From an uncultured Gammaproteobacteria bacterium (lineage in GTDB: Bacteria; Pseudomonadota; Gammaproteobacteria; Steroidobacterales; Steroidobacteraceae), in assembly GCA_963771615.1 (NCBI GenBank), contig CAVYUD010000001.1, positions 11,490 through 75,489 on the forward strand: 64,000 bases of DNA. The letters run 5' to 3'. Numbering within the stretch: the first letter of the stretch is position 1; each line of letters begins with the position of its first letter. Both the position numbers and the translations under genes were made by a program. Below the pieces are notes generated by a model. The model ran no database searches, was not told the origin of the DNA, and saw only the letters and a list, made by a program, of their open reading frames with translations. Of this stretch, positions 19,976 to 29,511 are shown piece after piece.

Positions 19976-21123
19976 TTGCGGATCGAGGCGGCTGGAGTCC
20001 ACGTCTGGTAGCGCTCGCCGCGGATCGAGCGCCAGACGCCCAAACCAGTCCCTGCAAAGGCTGCAACAATCCCCGCTATTTGCGCGAAGGGCTTCAGCGT
20101 CGATACGCACCCGACGAGCAAGGCGACGGCACCACCGAACATGAGTGCGACCGCACTGCGCGGATGTCCACCCAACATCAACGCAACCTCAAAGGCGATA
20201 ACCGCCATCGCCAGGAGATAAATCGTGAACCAACGGATCAATTTGTGCGACACGTATTTATAAATGGTGATGCCATCCAACTTGCGCAGCTGCGGCCAAA
20301 GCAAGCGGTGAACGTTGAACGCCTGACAGGCAATGCGAATCTTGCGGTTGAATTCTTCCCGTGCCGACACAACCGATTCTTCGTACGCCAAAGCGTCGCT
20401 CGCTTGTATGACCCGATGGCCGCCGCACAGAATCATCAGCGAAACATACATGTCATCGATGATGTGATCCGGCGGTGCGACGTGCAACGAGCGCCTGATC
20501 GCGAATATCGATCCGTCCGCCCCCATCATTGAGCCGCTTTCCATCTCCAATTTCTTGATAACTTCTTCAAATCGCCAGTAGGCGGAGCCGGACAAAGCGG
20601 TTGCGGATTCGCCGCCGTTTGTATAGACGAGGTTGCCGCAGACGCAGCCGATTTCAGGGTCGGCGAAATAGCGCTGGAGATCGCCAACGCAGTTCAAATC
20701 CATCAGGACATTGGCGTCTGTGAAAATGAGTACCGATGCCTGCGCTTTTGACGCCAAATGATTCATGCCGTGAGTCTTACCGCGGCGTTCGGAGGCGATG
20801 TGCAGGCTTATTTGCGAGGCGTATTCCCGCAGGATATCCGCGGTCCGATCGCTGGCGCCATCTACATAGACGAGAATCTCAAGGCCCGGTTCACGCGCGC
20901 GCAGCGCCAGTAGATTCTGTACTTTGCGTTCGATGCCGCGTTCCTCGTTGTACGCGCAAACACAAATCGCACAACTCATAGGCGTTGGGGAAGGCTCGCT
21001 CGAGCGCGATCGCTTGACTGGGTACAGGGCTTGAAGAACCAACAACGACCAGGGATAGGTGATGAAGGGATGGCAGGCGGCGAGCAAGCACAAGCATCCG
21101 AAGATGAGGAGTGCGGTTGTCAC
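19972..21123 (-). CDS. Membrane-embedded glycosyltransferase family 2
   Basis: CAICVCAYNEE..., VDGASDRT, FTDAN (D,D,D pattern), flanked by N- and C-terminal TM helices. Confidence 0.85.
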   Translation of the reverse strand: MTTALLIFGCLCLLAACHPFITYPWSLLVLQALYPVKRSRSSEPSPTPMSCAICVCAYNEERGIERKVQNLLALRAREPGLEILVYVDGASDRTADILREYASQISLHIASERRGKTHGMNHLASKAQASVLIFTDANVLMDLNCVGDLQRYFADPEIGCVCGNLVYTNGGESATALSGSAYWRFEEVIKKLEMESGSMMGADGSIFAIRRSLHVAPPDHIIDDMYVSLMILCGGHRVIQASDALAYEESVVSAREEFNRKIRIACQAFNVHRLLWPQLRKLDGITIYKYVSHKLIRWFTIYLLAMAVIAFEVALMLGGHPRSAVALMFGGAVALLVGCVSTLKPFAQIAGIVAAFAGTGLGVWRSIRGERYQTWTPAASIRK

Positions 21124-22421
21124 GCCCGGATCCCTCGGACCACCGCCAAGGTAGATCCAGACACTGCTGCGCGACTCGGCTTGTAATCAGATGCAGCGGA
21201 CCACACCCTAGCTTCAGGGACTGAATTCCATAACAGCAAGCTCAACGCCAGCCCATGCGCAAATGGAACGTATATGCCGTTCAAGAAGAAGGTGATGCCG
21301 ACCGCAAGTATCACGAGGCGCGGGGCAGATGAATAATAGAGGCAGCTGAACAGGAAACCGAAATAGGCGATCGCGCCGACCAAACCGAATTCGAACACGA
21401 TCTTGAAGAGCGCCATTTCGGCGGCAGCGTAATAGTGAACTCGCGACGAGTAGCTGACGAACGAACCGGCCCCGTAACCAAATAACGTTCGCCATAGATC
21501 CTGCCAAAGAAATTTATCGAACAGACGAAAGCCGCCGACGAAACGCATGTAGGCGCTGGACTGATTCGAGTCAAACTCGCCAATTCTGGCGAGCAATCGG
21601 TTGGCATGAAAATACAGTTGCAGCGGAATCACCACGGCCAAAATCAGCAAGCCGAAAACCAGCAAGCCCCAGCGGCGCTGCGCAACGAGGCACAACGGCA
21701 GACAGACCGCTAGCACAATGAGTCCGGTGCCTGAGTAGGAAACAATCAGCGCGAGCCCGTATACGGCCACCCGGCTCAATCTGCCTACAGTGCACAACTC
21801 TACGATGATGGCAACCGCGAGCACCTGGCTAAAAAAGGATGGCTCCAACATGAAAACGCCGTTGGCACGATACTCCTGAGAGCCGTACTCCATGGCCGCC
21901 TGATGATTGAACTGCTGGACGATAAAGCTGTCAGGCGTGAAATTCTCGATGGGAAAAAGAAAGCGCGGACTGATGAAGAATTGAAGACCGTACTGTGCAA
22001 TACCACACCACGCAAAGACGGTAACGATTCCGAGAAAGAACTTGATGATGCGGTCTTTGTCATTGCTACCCGGGATCGCAAAAATGTAGGGCAGATGTAC
22101 GGCGACCAGCAGCAGCAGCGAGGAGGGCGAAAAAGAATTCGGTTGGAATATCTGCATCAGGCCCAGAATCCCCACCATCGCTGCGAAAAGCGCCAATCTC
22201 CGCGGTTCGATGCTCAAGCCGCCGAGCACTGTGCCGGCCGCGACTACTCCCAGCAGAAAAAATATCGAAGCACCGATACCCATCGCAGCTAATGGGGGAA
22301 ATCCAAACTTCGAAATAAACGTAGCGCCGATGAGGGGCGCCGCGAGCAATGCAAATCGCAGCCATGTCGGCGTCGAACCTGTGCCGACCATTACTTCGGG
22401 TTTGGCGCTGGAGTCTGCCAT
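21120..22421 (-). CDS. O-antigen-ligase/Wzy-like polysaccharide polymerase
   Basis: 433 aa with about 10-12 TM helices. Wzy_C-like loop (...SYSGTGLIVLAV...RFVGGFRLFDKFL...LFGYGAGSF...AEMALFKIVFEFGLVG). Confidence 0.7.
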   Translation of the reverse strand: MADSSAKPEVMVGTGSTPTWLRFALLAAPLIGATFISKFGFPPLAAMGIGASIFFLLGVVAAGTVLGGLSIEPRRLALFAAMVGILGLMQIFQPNSFSPSSLLLLVAVHLPYIFAIPGSNDKDRIIKFFLGIVTVFAWCGIAQYGLQFFISPRFLFPIENFTPDSFIVQQFNHQAAMEYGSQEYRANGVFMLEPSFFSQVLAVAIIVELCTVGRLSRVAVYGLALIVSYSGTGLIVLAVCLPLCLVAQRRWGLLVFGLLILAVVIPLQLYFHANRLLARIGEFDSNQSSAYMRFVGGFRLFDKFLWQDLWRTLFGYGAGSFVSYSSRVHYYAAAEMALFKIVFEFGLVGAIAYFGFLFSCLYYSSAPRLVILAVGITFFLNGIYVPFAHGLALSLLLWNSVPEARVWSAASDYKPSRAAVSGSTLAVVRGIRA

Positions 22422-22427
22422 GGTGCA

Positions 22428-23324
22428 CTAGCCGTCGATCACCGCGCCGACCAAGGAGACCCCTGCCGCCTCGAGCAGCGCTCTGACGCGCACTACGTCG
22501 CTCAGCCGCGTGGCGTGGCGCTTGGCGGCAAGCAGCGCGCCACCGGCGCGTGCTGCGATAACCTGAGCGTCTGCACACTGCAGCATCGGCGGCGTGTCGA
22601 TGATAACGACACCGTATTTCGCAGCCGCAATCTCCATCAGATAGGCAAAGGAGACGTGCCCCAGGAGTTCTTGCGGGTTCGGAGGGGGTGCGCCGGCAAT
22701 CATCACCGATAAGTGGTTGAAACCAGGCACATGGATGGCAACGCTGTCTAGATTTTGGCTCCCTTTGATAAAATCGACCAGGCCGACCTCCGATTGGAGG
22801 CCGAAGAGTTCTTGCTGCGCCGGTGCGCGCAAATTCGCATCGATCAGCAGCGTGCGCTCGCCCAACTGCGCAAAGCTCACGGCAAGATTGGCGGCAAGTA
22901 CACTGCTGCCGTCGCCGGGCCGAGCCTCGACGATCGATAGGGCTCGATTGCCTCTGCCAAACCAGCGAAGGCTCAGCTCGCTGCGTAACGTCCGCACTTC
23001 CTCCGCACGAGCGCTGGCAGGCTGATACGCGGCGACCAGCTCCGGACTCAGATTGGACTGCCCAGGTACCGCTAAAGGGAATTCGGCGTGGCGAGCGAGC
23101 GCGCTGCGAACATCTTGCTCTTTCGCCGGCCCCAATCGCGAGGCAACCTCTCCGAACTGTTCACCCAAGACGTGCTGGGCCGCCAGTATGTCGCGAACGT
23201 CCTGCTCGGTGAGTGTACCGTCATGCCGCAGGAGTTCGCCCAGCCGAGCATCAGCCGAGCTGAGAGCGGCGGCAGTGCGCTGCGCGGAAGTCTTGGTAGG
23301 CGTCACTGGATTGGTCTCCATCAT
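22428..23324 (-). CDS. EpsG-like chain-length-determinant ATPase (BY-kinase catalytic-domain homologue) with a GspE-N/MshEN-like N-terminal domain
   Basis: Walker A' (TLLIDANLR) and Walker B (VVIIDTPP) are present. The Walker A position reads RPGDGSS, with no Lys. The N-terminal ~80 aa (LGELLRHDGTLTEQDVRDILAAQH...FGEVA) resemble T2SSE_N. There is no C-terminal Tyr cluster. Confidence 0.75.
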   Translation of the reverse strand: MMETNPVTPTKTSAQRTAAALSSADARLGELLRHDGTLTEQDVRDILAAQHVLGEQFGEVASRLGPAKEQDVRSALARHAEFPLAVPGQSNLSPELVAAYQPASARAEEVRTLRSELSLRWFGRGNRALSIVEARPGDGSSVLAANLAVSFAQLGERTLLIDANLRAPAQQELFGLQSEVGLVDFIKGSQNLDSVAIHVPGFNHLSVMIAGAPPPNPQELLGHVSFAYLMEIAAAKYGVVIIDTPPMLQCADAQVIAARAGGALLAAKRHATRLSDVVRVRALLEAAGVSLVGAVIDG

Positions 23325-24772
23325 GCGGGTTCCACCCGCGGTTCTTTGTAGCCAATTCGCTGCTTGCGAGCCCGCCTATGCCGGCGTGACGAGGTGCGGG
23401 TGCGAGGCAATTCCGCGAGTACGGCGAGCTCTGCCACCTGCCACAGATCGGCGCGGAAATGAATACGGGGATCAAAGCGCTCTCTGATCAAGCTTGCGGC
23501 CACTGCGAGCATAGATCCCAAGATCATCGCCACCGCAAGATTGAGAAGCAGCTTAGGAAAGGAGGGCTTCATCGGCGGGTATGCATAATTCAAGATTGCC
23601 GTGTTGGTGTTGTTGAGCCGGCTTTCCAAGCGCGTCTCGCCGCCGCGTTGCAAAGAGGAGTCGTACGCGGCACGGGCGCTCTCCACCTCGCGTTTGAGCA
23701 CGCTGTACTCGTCCTGATTGTGCTGAAGGTCGAGAATGTGCTTGCGTTGCTGCTCCACTGCGTGTTGTAAATCCGTCAGATTTTGTCTGGCGATCTGCGC
23801 TTCTCGCGCCACGGTGCCGACCGCATTGCTCATTTCGCCGGCCACTTTTTCACGCAGAGATTCCAACTCAGCCTGGGCGCTCATGTACTGCGGATGATTG
23901 TGGTCGTAACGCTGCGAGACGTCGGCGAATCTGGCTTCCGACCGCGCCAACTCGGTCTTCAAGTTTTGCAGCAGAGGATTCTGAAGTATGGAAACCGACT
24001 CGCTGGCGCGACCCTTCGCCAGTGCATCATTCATCTGCCTCTGGCGTGTCTCTGCGTCGTACATGGCTGCCTGTGCTGCGACCATGTGATTCGATATTTC
24101 AGTCAACCGGGCGGTCTCCACGTCCAACCGGTTGTTGTTGTTGCTGTCATCGTTCCCTATTACGCCGTGTTGACCCTGATAAGCCGAGAGCTTCTGCTGC
24201 GCGGTTTCCAGCGCGCTGCGAAGATCATTGACTTGTTGATCGAACCAACCAGCCTGACGCCGCGCGGGATCGACCTTTAGCTCGAGGCTGGTCGTGATGT
24301 AGTTGTCGGCAAACGAGTTGGCGATATCAGCGGCCGCGCGCGGCGTTTCGGCGGCGAACTGCAGAAAGATCACGTTGCTATCGCGCGATGGTTTCACGGT
24401 CAGCTCCTTCAGAAGCTCTTCCGCCTCCCAATCGCGAATGCTGCCGACCCCGTTTGTTTTATCGTTGAATTTTTCGATGACTTCCGGGTCCGCGGCCAAT
24501 TTCATTCGATCGACAACTTTGAGGGCGACGCTGTGGCTGGCAATGACGTCCACCTGGGTTGCCACGAAGTTCGCCGCCAGTTGCACCGGCATCGCGCCTT
24601 GTTGCGCGAGCGGGTCGATTCCGCGTTCATCGACGACGACTGCAGATTCGCCGGTGTAGCGCTTCGGCAGAAAAACACTTGCAGCTACGGCTAGTGCAAG
24701 CGTCGCGACGACGATGCCGGAGCACATACTTCTGTGCACCCAGAGAATCCGAACAAATTGAGATAGGCGCAT
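23321..24772 (-). CDS. Polysaccharide co-polymerase (Wzz/EpsF-like chain-length determinant)
   Basis: N-terminal TM followed by PKRYTGESAVVVD (Wzz motif), a long coiled-coil periplasmic region and a C-terminal TM. 4-nt overlap with the next gene. Confidence 0.8.
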   Translation of the reverse strand: MRLSQFVRILWVHRSMCSGIVVATLALAVAASVFLPKRYTGESAVVVDERGIDPLAQQGAMPVQLAANFVATQVDVIASHSVALKVVDRMKLAADPEVIEKFNDKTNGVGSIRDWEAEELLKELTVKPSRDSNVIFLQFAAETPRAAADIANSFADNYITTSLELKVDPARRQAGWFDQQVNDLRSALETAQQKLSAYQGQHGVIGNDDSNNNNRLDVETARLTEISNHMVAAQAAMYDAETRQRQMNDALAKGRASESVSILQNPLLQNLKTELARSEARFADVSQRYDHNHPQYMSAQAELESLREKVAGEMSNAVGTVAREAQIARQNLTDLQHAVEQQRKHILDLQHNQDEYSVLKREVESARAAYDSSLQRGGETRLESRLNNTNTAILNYAYPPMKPSFPKLLLNLAVAMILGSMLAVAASLIRERFDPRIHFRADLWQVAELAVLAELPRTRTSSRRHRRARKQRIGYKEPRVEPA

Positions 24773-24786
24773 AATGATCTCGAGCT

Positions 24787-25590
24787 TCAGAACAAACTGG
24801 CTTTGATGAGCAGCACATCGTTGGGCTGCAACACATCCTCATTGCGAAGCGAAATTTTCCGCTCCTTGCCCGCCGCATCCATGCGCTTGACGATGGCACC
24901 TCGCTGCGTGCCTCGCGGCGTGAGGCCGCCGCCGATGGAAATGGCTTGCGAAATGGAGGTGTTACGCACGAGCCGATATTGCCCGGGATGTTGCACTTCA
25001 CCGTAAATGTAGAATTGCGGCGCGTGCGCGACAAACACGGTGTCGCCGTCTTGCACGACGAGATTTACGGCGGGATCCCCGTCGAATAATGTCTGTAAAT
25101 CAATGACCACACGGCTGCCGTTGGCGCGTACAAGTGTCGCATCGTCCGCCGCGGTGTCGTTCAGCACGCCGCCCGCCAATGCCAGGGCATCCAGCACCTT
25201 TTTCGAGGCATCGAGCGGGTATTGTCCGGGCCGCGCCACTTGGCCCATGACGGAGACCTTTTGGCTCTGGTAGTCGGAGACGAGGACGGATACCTGCGGC
25301 TGTTTTAAGAAGCCGCCTCCGGTTAAACGCGTGGCAAGAAGCAATTCTGCTTCGCGCGTGGAAAGCCCTGCGACCTGCACTTGGCCGATCAAAGGAAACG
25401 TAATATTCCCCGATTGACTGATCCGGGCGTCGACTCCGAGTTCATCGTGGTCGAACACGGCGATTTTCAGGAGGTCGCCGGCACCGAGTCGATAGTCCTC
25501 GGGCTTTGCACTGGCCTGCATCAACACTAACAGCGATATGGCGAACGCCACGACGCACGAACGCATGAAATCAATACGCATGCTGGTCAC
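24787..25590 (-). CDS. Polysaccharide export protein (Wza/EpsE-like, Poly_export + SLBB)
   Basis: Signal peptide followed by DYRLGAGDLLKIAVFDHDEL...GNITFPLIGQVQVAGLS. The real start may be the Met at 25566. Confidence 0.85.
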   Translation of the reverse strand: MTSMRIDFMRSCVVAFAISLLVLMQASAKPEDYRLGAGDLLKIAVFDHDELGVDARISQSGNITFPLIGQVQVAGLSTREAELLLATRLTGGGFLKQPQVSVLVSDYQSQKVSVMGQVARPGQYPLDASKKVLDALALAGGVLNDTAADDATLVRANGSRVVIDLQTLFDGDPAVNLVVQDGDTVFVAHAPQFYIYGEVQHPGQYRLVRNTSISQAISIGGGLTPRGTQRGAIVKRMDAAGKERKISLRNEDVLQPNDVLLIKASLF

Positions 25591-27019
25591 CCAAAAGTAC
25601 CCAGATCGTTCGCACCATGATGCTCAGGTCAAACCACAGGGACCAGTTTTTGAGGTACTCCAAGTCGCACTCGATACGCTTTGTCATCGTTAACAAATCA
25701 TCGCCCCCTCTGTAACCGTTGACCTGCGCCCAACCGGTAATGCCTGGCTTGACCTTGTGTCGGAACATGTAGCTAGGAATCAAGTGTCGATAATGTTCGT
25801 TGACTGCGATGGCGTGCGGGCGCGGACCAACGATGCTCATGCTGCCCTCGAGCACGTTGATCAGCTGCGGCAGTTCATCCAACGAGGTGCGACGGATAAA
25901 CGCGCCCACTGCCGTGACGCGGCTGTCCTCCCGAGTCACTTGCGTATAGCTGGTCGCTCCGTCTTCCGTCACCGTCATGGACCGAAATTTGTAGACCATG
26001 ATTTCCCGACCATCCAAGCCATAGCGGCGCTGCCGAAATAAAATCGGCCCCTTGGATGAGCGTTTGACCGCGATCGCCACGGCCGCGAGAACGGGGACCG
26101 CGATGATCAGCAGCAAGGCGGACAGCAAAATGTCGCTCACGCGTTTGGCCAAGGACCGTACGCCGAAGAAGGGCGATTCGTACACGGCAAACATCGGCAT
26201 GCCGTGCACCACATCGACTCGTCCCTGAATGATGTTGAGCGCGTGCAGATCCGGAACAAAGTAAACAGAGGCGAGGGTGTCGCGCAGCCCATCCAATAAC
26301 TGTAAAATGCCGGGGTGCGGCGAAATGGGTAACGTGATGTAGACCACGTTGACGCCGCAGATGCGCACAAATTCAGGTACATCGTCGATCTGGCCCAGCA
26401 GGAAGTCACTTTGGCCGGCGACCTCGCTGGATTCTCGGTCTTCAAAGAATCCCAACAGCTTGATGCGCAGCAGAGGCTGTTCCGCAATTCTCTGCTGCAG
26501 CAGAAAACCCAGCCTATTTGCTCCGATAATCACGGCCAGCCGCTCTTGCATGTGATTGATGCCGACATACAGCAATAGGCGCCTGACTCCAACGGTTCCG
26601 CTCCACAGCACAAACGGCGTGAGTGCAAACCAGATGAGCAAAACTCTGTCGGTCGGAATGATCATCACGCCCGAGACATAGAGGACGAGTGCGACGCACA
26701 ATCCAATGGCGATCCAGCGCGCGACCAGGCCGAAGAACCAGCGCAGTTCCAGCGAAAAGTCCGCTTCGCTGTAGTCGATGCGAGAATCCCCCAAAAGCTC
26801 TCCGGCGCCGGCGAAGGCGAGTACCGCAACGAGAAAATACGTGCCCGAAAACCGGCGGTCTCCCAGCTCCAGGCAAAGTGCCAAGAACGCAACCACGGTC
26901 ACGGGATAAAACAACGCCTTGATCAGAAATACAGCGCCGGAATCAAATGAGGTTACATCGTGAGACATCTGCGAGCGGGCGCGCGCGATGCGAGCCCCGA
27001 GAGATTGCCCGGTAATCAC
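25571..27019 (-). CDS. Undecaprenyl-phosphate sugar phosphotransferase (WcaJ/EpsB-type initiating transferase)
   Basis: N-terminal TM bundle plus the C-terminal bacterial sugar-transferase domain (...[30 protein letters not shown]...IVGPRPH...). Confidence 0.85.
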   Translation of the reverse strand: MITGQSLGARIARARSQMSHDVTSFDSGAVFLIKALFYPVTVVAFLALCLELGDRRFSGTYFLVAVLAFAGAGELLGDSRIDYSEADFSLELRWFFGLVARWIAIGLCVALVLYVSGVMIIPTDRVLLIWFALTPFVLWSGTVGVRRLLLYVGINHMQERLAVIIGANRLGFLLQQRIAEQPLLRIKLLGFFEDRESSEVAGQSDFLLGQIDDVPEFVRICGVNVVYITLPISPHPGILQLLDGLRDTLASVYFVPDLHALNIIQGRVDVVHGMPMFAVYESPFFGVRSLAKRVSDILLSALLLIIAVPVLAAVAIAVKRSSKGPILFRQRRYGLDGREIMVYKFRSMTVTEDGATSYTQVTREDSRVTAVGAFIRRTSLDELPQLINVLEGSMSIVGPRPHAIAVNEHYRHLIPSYMFRHKVKPGITGWAQVNGYRGGDDLLTMTKRIECDLEYLKNWSLWFDLSIMVRTIWVLLGDQHAY

Positions 27020-27110
27020 TTCAACCCTCGACTTGCGGAACTCATATAGGATTTCACAGCACCGCCATTTAAATTTTGCGTTCTCTAAAGACGGTTCGCG
27101 AATTCAGCGT

Positions 27111-27485
27111 TCAGGCGTAGGGCGAGATCTGCCGTTGCGGCAAGGATTTATGTTTGCGCCGTAGTTGCAGGACGATCATCCCGATTGCCGCCAGCAGCAT
27201 CAACCCACGGTCGGCACTTTCATCTTTGACCACATTCTCTTTCACAAATGCCTTGGTGGCTCGCATCTCCTTGACGACGGTACTCCTAAGGCCGCCTAAG
27301 TTTCCCTGAACCCGCGGCGCAGTTTGTTTGCCATGCGCATGCTGCGCGGCTGATGCAGGAATTTCGAGCGCAACCTTGCTTGACTTGTTGTCGAGTGTTG
27401 CGCCGTACGACTTGTAATCGTTCGCGGCAGTGTTACTTGGGCTGGAAATGGCAGCGATGCATATCAAAATGAGAACGGTCTTCAT
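27111..27485 (-). CDS. Small secreted/anchored protein heading the EPS operon (unknown function)
   Basis: 124 aa with an N-terminal signal peptide (MKTVLILICIAAISS), a low-complexity middle, and a C-terminal hydrophobic helix plus basic cluster (LMLLAAIGMIVLQLRRKHK). Confidence 0.5.
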   Translation of the reverse strand: MKTVLILICIAAISSPSNTAANDYKSYGATLDNKSSKVALEIPASAAQHAHGKQTAPRVQGNLGGLRSTVVKEMRATKAFVKENVVKDESADRGLMLLAAIGMIVLQLRRKHKSLPQRQISPYA

Positions 27486-27938
27486 AGCTGTGTATCCTTG
27501 CGTGTCCTGTCCGTCGCTGCGCGTATCCCACGATCTTGTGTTCCCGACTACACATCGATTCGGCTAGAAAGCAAACCGATCACATTAATGTAGCAAGCGA
27601 CAAGCGGCTGTCGATACCGTCGCCTCTCGCCGACACGCGCTGCGAGTGCAAGCTCTAAACGCAAATTCGCAAAGCGTTTTCAGCCACTTTTTGTAGGACA
27701 GCTGCGCCGATAATTCCAGATTGACCAGCGGAGGGGCCGGGTGAATGCGTAGCAACACGCATGTGTTAAATCAAGGATCAGAACGCGCGTCGCCCGATCG
27801 CGATGCAGAGAAAAATATTTGCGCGGTAATTTTTCATCTCGGGTTGGAACCGAAACATTGATTCACCCAATTCGTGAGGCTAAATGAAATATGTTGAATT
27901 GAGCGCCTCAATCCTGTGCGACTTAAAGTAGGCGTAAG

Positions 27939-28895
27939 CTACTTGGGCGAGCGCGCCGCCCGCCGATTCGCCGGCACACCTCTGCGTTGCCTCGTCACGG
28001 AATTTCTTGTGTCGGCGGCCTCAAACAATTGCCGAAACCCGTGTGCCAACTCTTCGACGGCCTTCCCCAAGGCGCCGAGTTGAACAACCCGAACTATCGC
28101 GACGGATCGGCGCAGGTCGAACGATGGGGGACGCAATACTTTCACCGGATCGATAGAACGATTCCTAGCAATAAAGCGAGCGGGTAACAACCCGACCCCG
28201 TAGCCGGACTGAACGAACGCCAGCTGCATATGCATGTTGTGGACTTCAGCCGCTATTATGGGGGTGAAGCCGGCACGCTCCATCCGATCGATGAGGCTCC
28301 CCCGAAGAAAGCACCCGGGCGGATTGAGCACCCAGGGTGCTCTGCCCAAACTTTTCCAATCACCGTCAACGTTGCCTGCGGCGCCTTGAACGATCTCCAT
28401 GCGGTCGCTTGCGATGACATTCGTCAGAAGAGGTGGAGGCGCGGTTTTACCTTCCGGCAAAAGCACGGCAGCAACGTCGAGTTCACCAGCGAGCAGCCGG
28501 TTAATTAATTCACCGGTCAGTTCGGTCGACAGCCGCAGTCGGACCTTGGGGTATTTCTCAGTCAGCGACTGTATGGGTTCGATAAGCGTCCCTTCGGCCA
28601 GGGCATGCGCGAGCCCGATGCGCAAGAGGCCGCGAGGTTCGGCGTCGCTCGATGTAAGAGATTTCAGTGCCTCCGTCCGCTGCAGCAGATCCCGCGCTTG
28701 TTCGAGCACTCTGGAGCCAAGCGAGTTCAGGCGCGGCGGCTTTACCGAGCGGTCCAGCAACTCGGCACCCAATGCAGCCTCCAGCCTTTGCACTTGACGG
28801 GTAATCGCAGAGGGCGTCCGGAATAGGCGATCAGCTGCAGCGGCGATGGACCCGGCATGGGCGAACTCTACGAGGGCGCGTAAATCTTCAAGCAA
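27939..28895 (-). CDS. LysR-family transcriptional regulator
   Basis: N-terminal wHTH (LRALVEFAHAGSIAAAADRLFRTPSAITRQVQRLE) plus a substrate-binding domain. Divergent from the RidA operon. Confidence 0.9.
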   Translation of the reverse strand: MLEDLRALVEFAHAGSIAAAADRLFRTPSAITRQVQRLEAALGAELLDRSVKPPRLNSLGSRVLEQARDLLQRTEALKSLTSSDAEPRGLLRIGLAHALAEGTLIEPIQSLTEKYPKVRLRLSTELTGELINRLLAGELDVAAVLLPEGKTAPPPLLTNVIASDRMEIVQGAAGNVDGDWKSLGRAPWVLNPPGCFLRGSLIDRMERAGFTPIIAAEVHNMHMQLAFVQSGYGVGLLPARFIARNRSIDPVKVLRPPSFDLRRSVAIVRVVQLGALGKAVEELAHGFRQLFEAADTRNSVTRQRRGVPANRRAARSPK

Positions 28896-28948
28896 GGGAG
28901 TCTCCTAAAGCGTTTCGGACGACTAACAGAATCGTGCGTGAATGGTAC

Positions 28949-28964
28949 TATTATCGTGATAATA
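28949..28964. promoter_or_regulatory. Inverted repeat TATTATC-GT-GATAATA (contains T-N11-A), putative LysR box
   Basis: Read directly in the divergent intergenic region between the LysR gene and the RidA gene. Confidence 0.4.
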
Positions 28965-29107
28965 ATGAAGTAGTGGAATCTTTCGTCTTGCATCAAAATA
29001 TCAGGAAGTTCAGGTTTTTGCGGAAGACTGTATGCCTCGTGCGATGCAAATTCGGCAGACGCGCGGTCCCGAGGTTCCATCTAACCCCGCATCCACAGGA
29101 GTTTGCC

Positions 29108-29488
29108 ATGAGCAAGACCGCAATTACCTCGCCCGAACTTGCGCCGCCGGTCGGCCCGTTTTCCCAGGCGATCGAAGTCGGTGGTTTCCTCTACTTCAGC
29201 GGTCAGGTCGGCCAAGATCCGGCCACTGGCAAGGTGGTCGAGGGGGGTATTGTGGCCGAGACAGAGCGCGTCTTCCGCAATCTCTCGGCGGTTCTCAAGG
29301 CGGCCGGAAGGAGTTTCGATCACGTTGCGCGCGCCGGCGTGTATCTCACGAGCATGAGTGACTTCGTCGCGATGAATGGCATCTACGCCAAGTATTTCAG
29401 TCAGCCGTTTCCCGCCCGCACGACGATCGCGGTGGCCGCGCTGCCGCTTGGGGCCTGCATCGAGATCGACCTCATCGTCAAGGCTTGA
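29108..29488 (+). CDS. RidA/YjgF-family reactive-intermediate deaminase
   Basis: MSKTAITSPELAPPVGPFSQAIEVGGFLYFSGQ...ARTTIAVAALPLGACIEIDLI is a classic RidA sequence. Confidence 0.9.
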   Translation: MSKTAITSPELAPPVGPFSQAIEVGGFLYFSGQVGQDPATGKVVEGGIVAETERVFRNLSAVLKAAGRSFDHVARAGVYLTSMSDFVAMNGIYAKYFSQPFPARTTIAVAALPLGACIEIDLIVKA

Positions 29489-29511
29489 GGCGAAGCACGG
29501 AGGTTGATCTC

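Noticed and set aside
27111-27485. Calling the small EPS-operon protein a PEP-CTERM exosortase substrate.
   Set aside because: There is no PEP motif, 12 residues follow the basic cluster, and no exosortase gene is present in the window. Only the general tripartite shape is similar.
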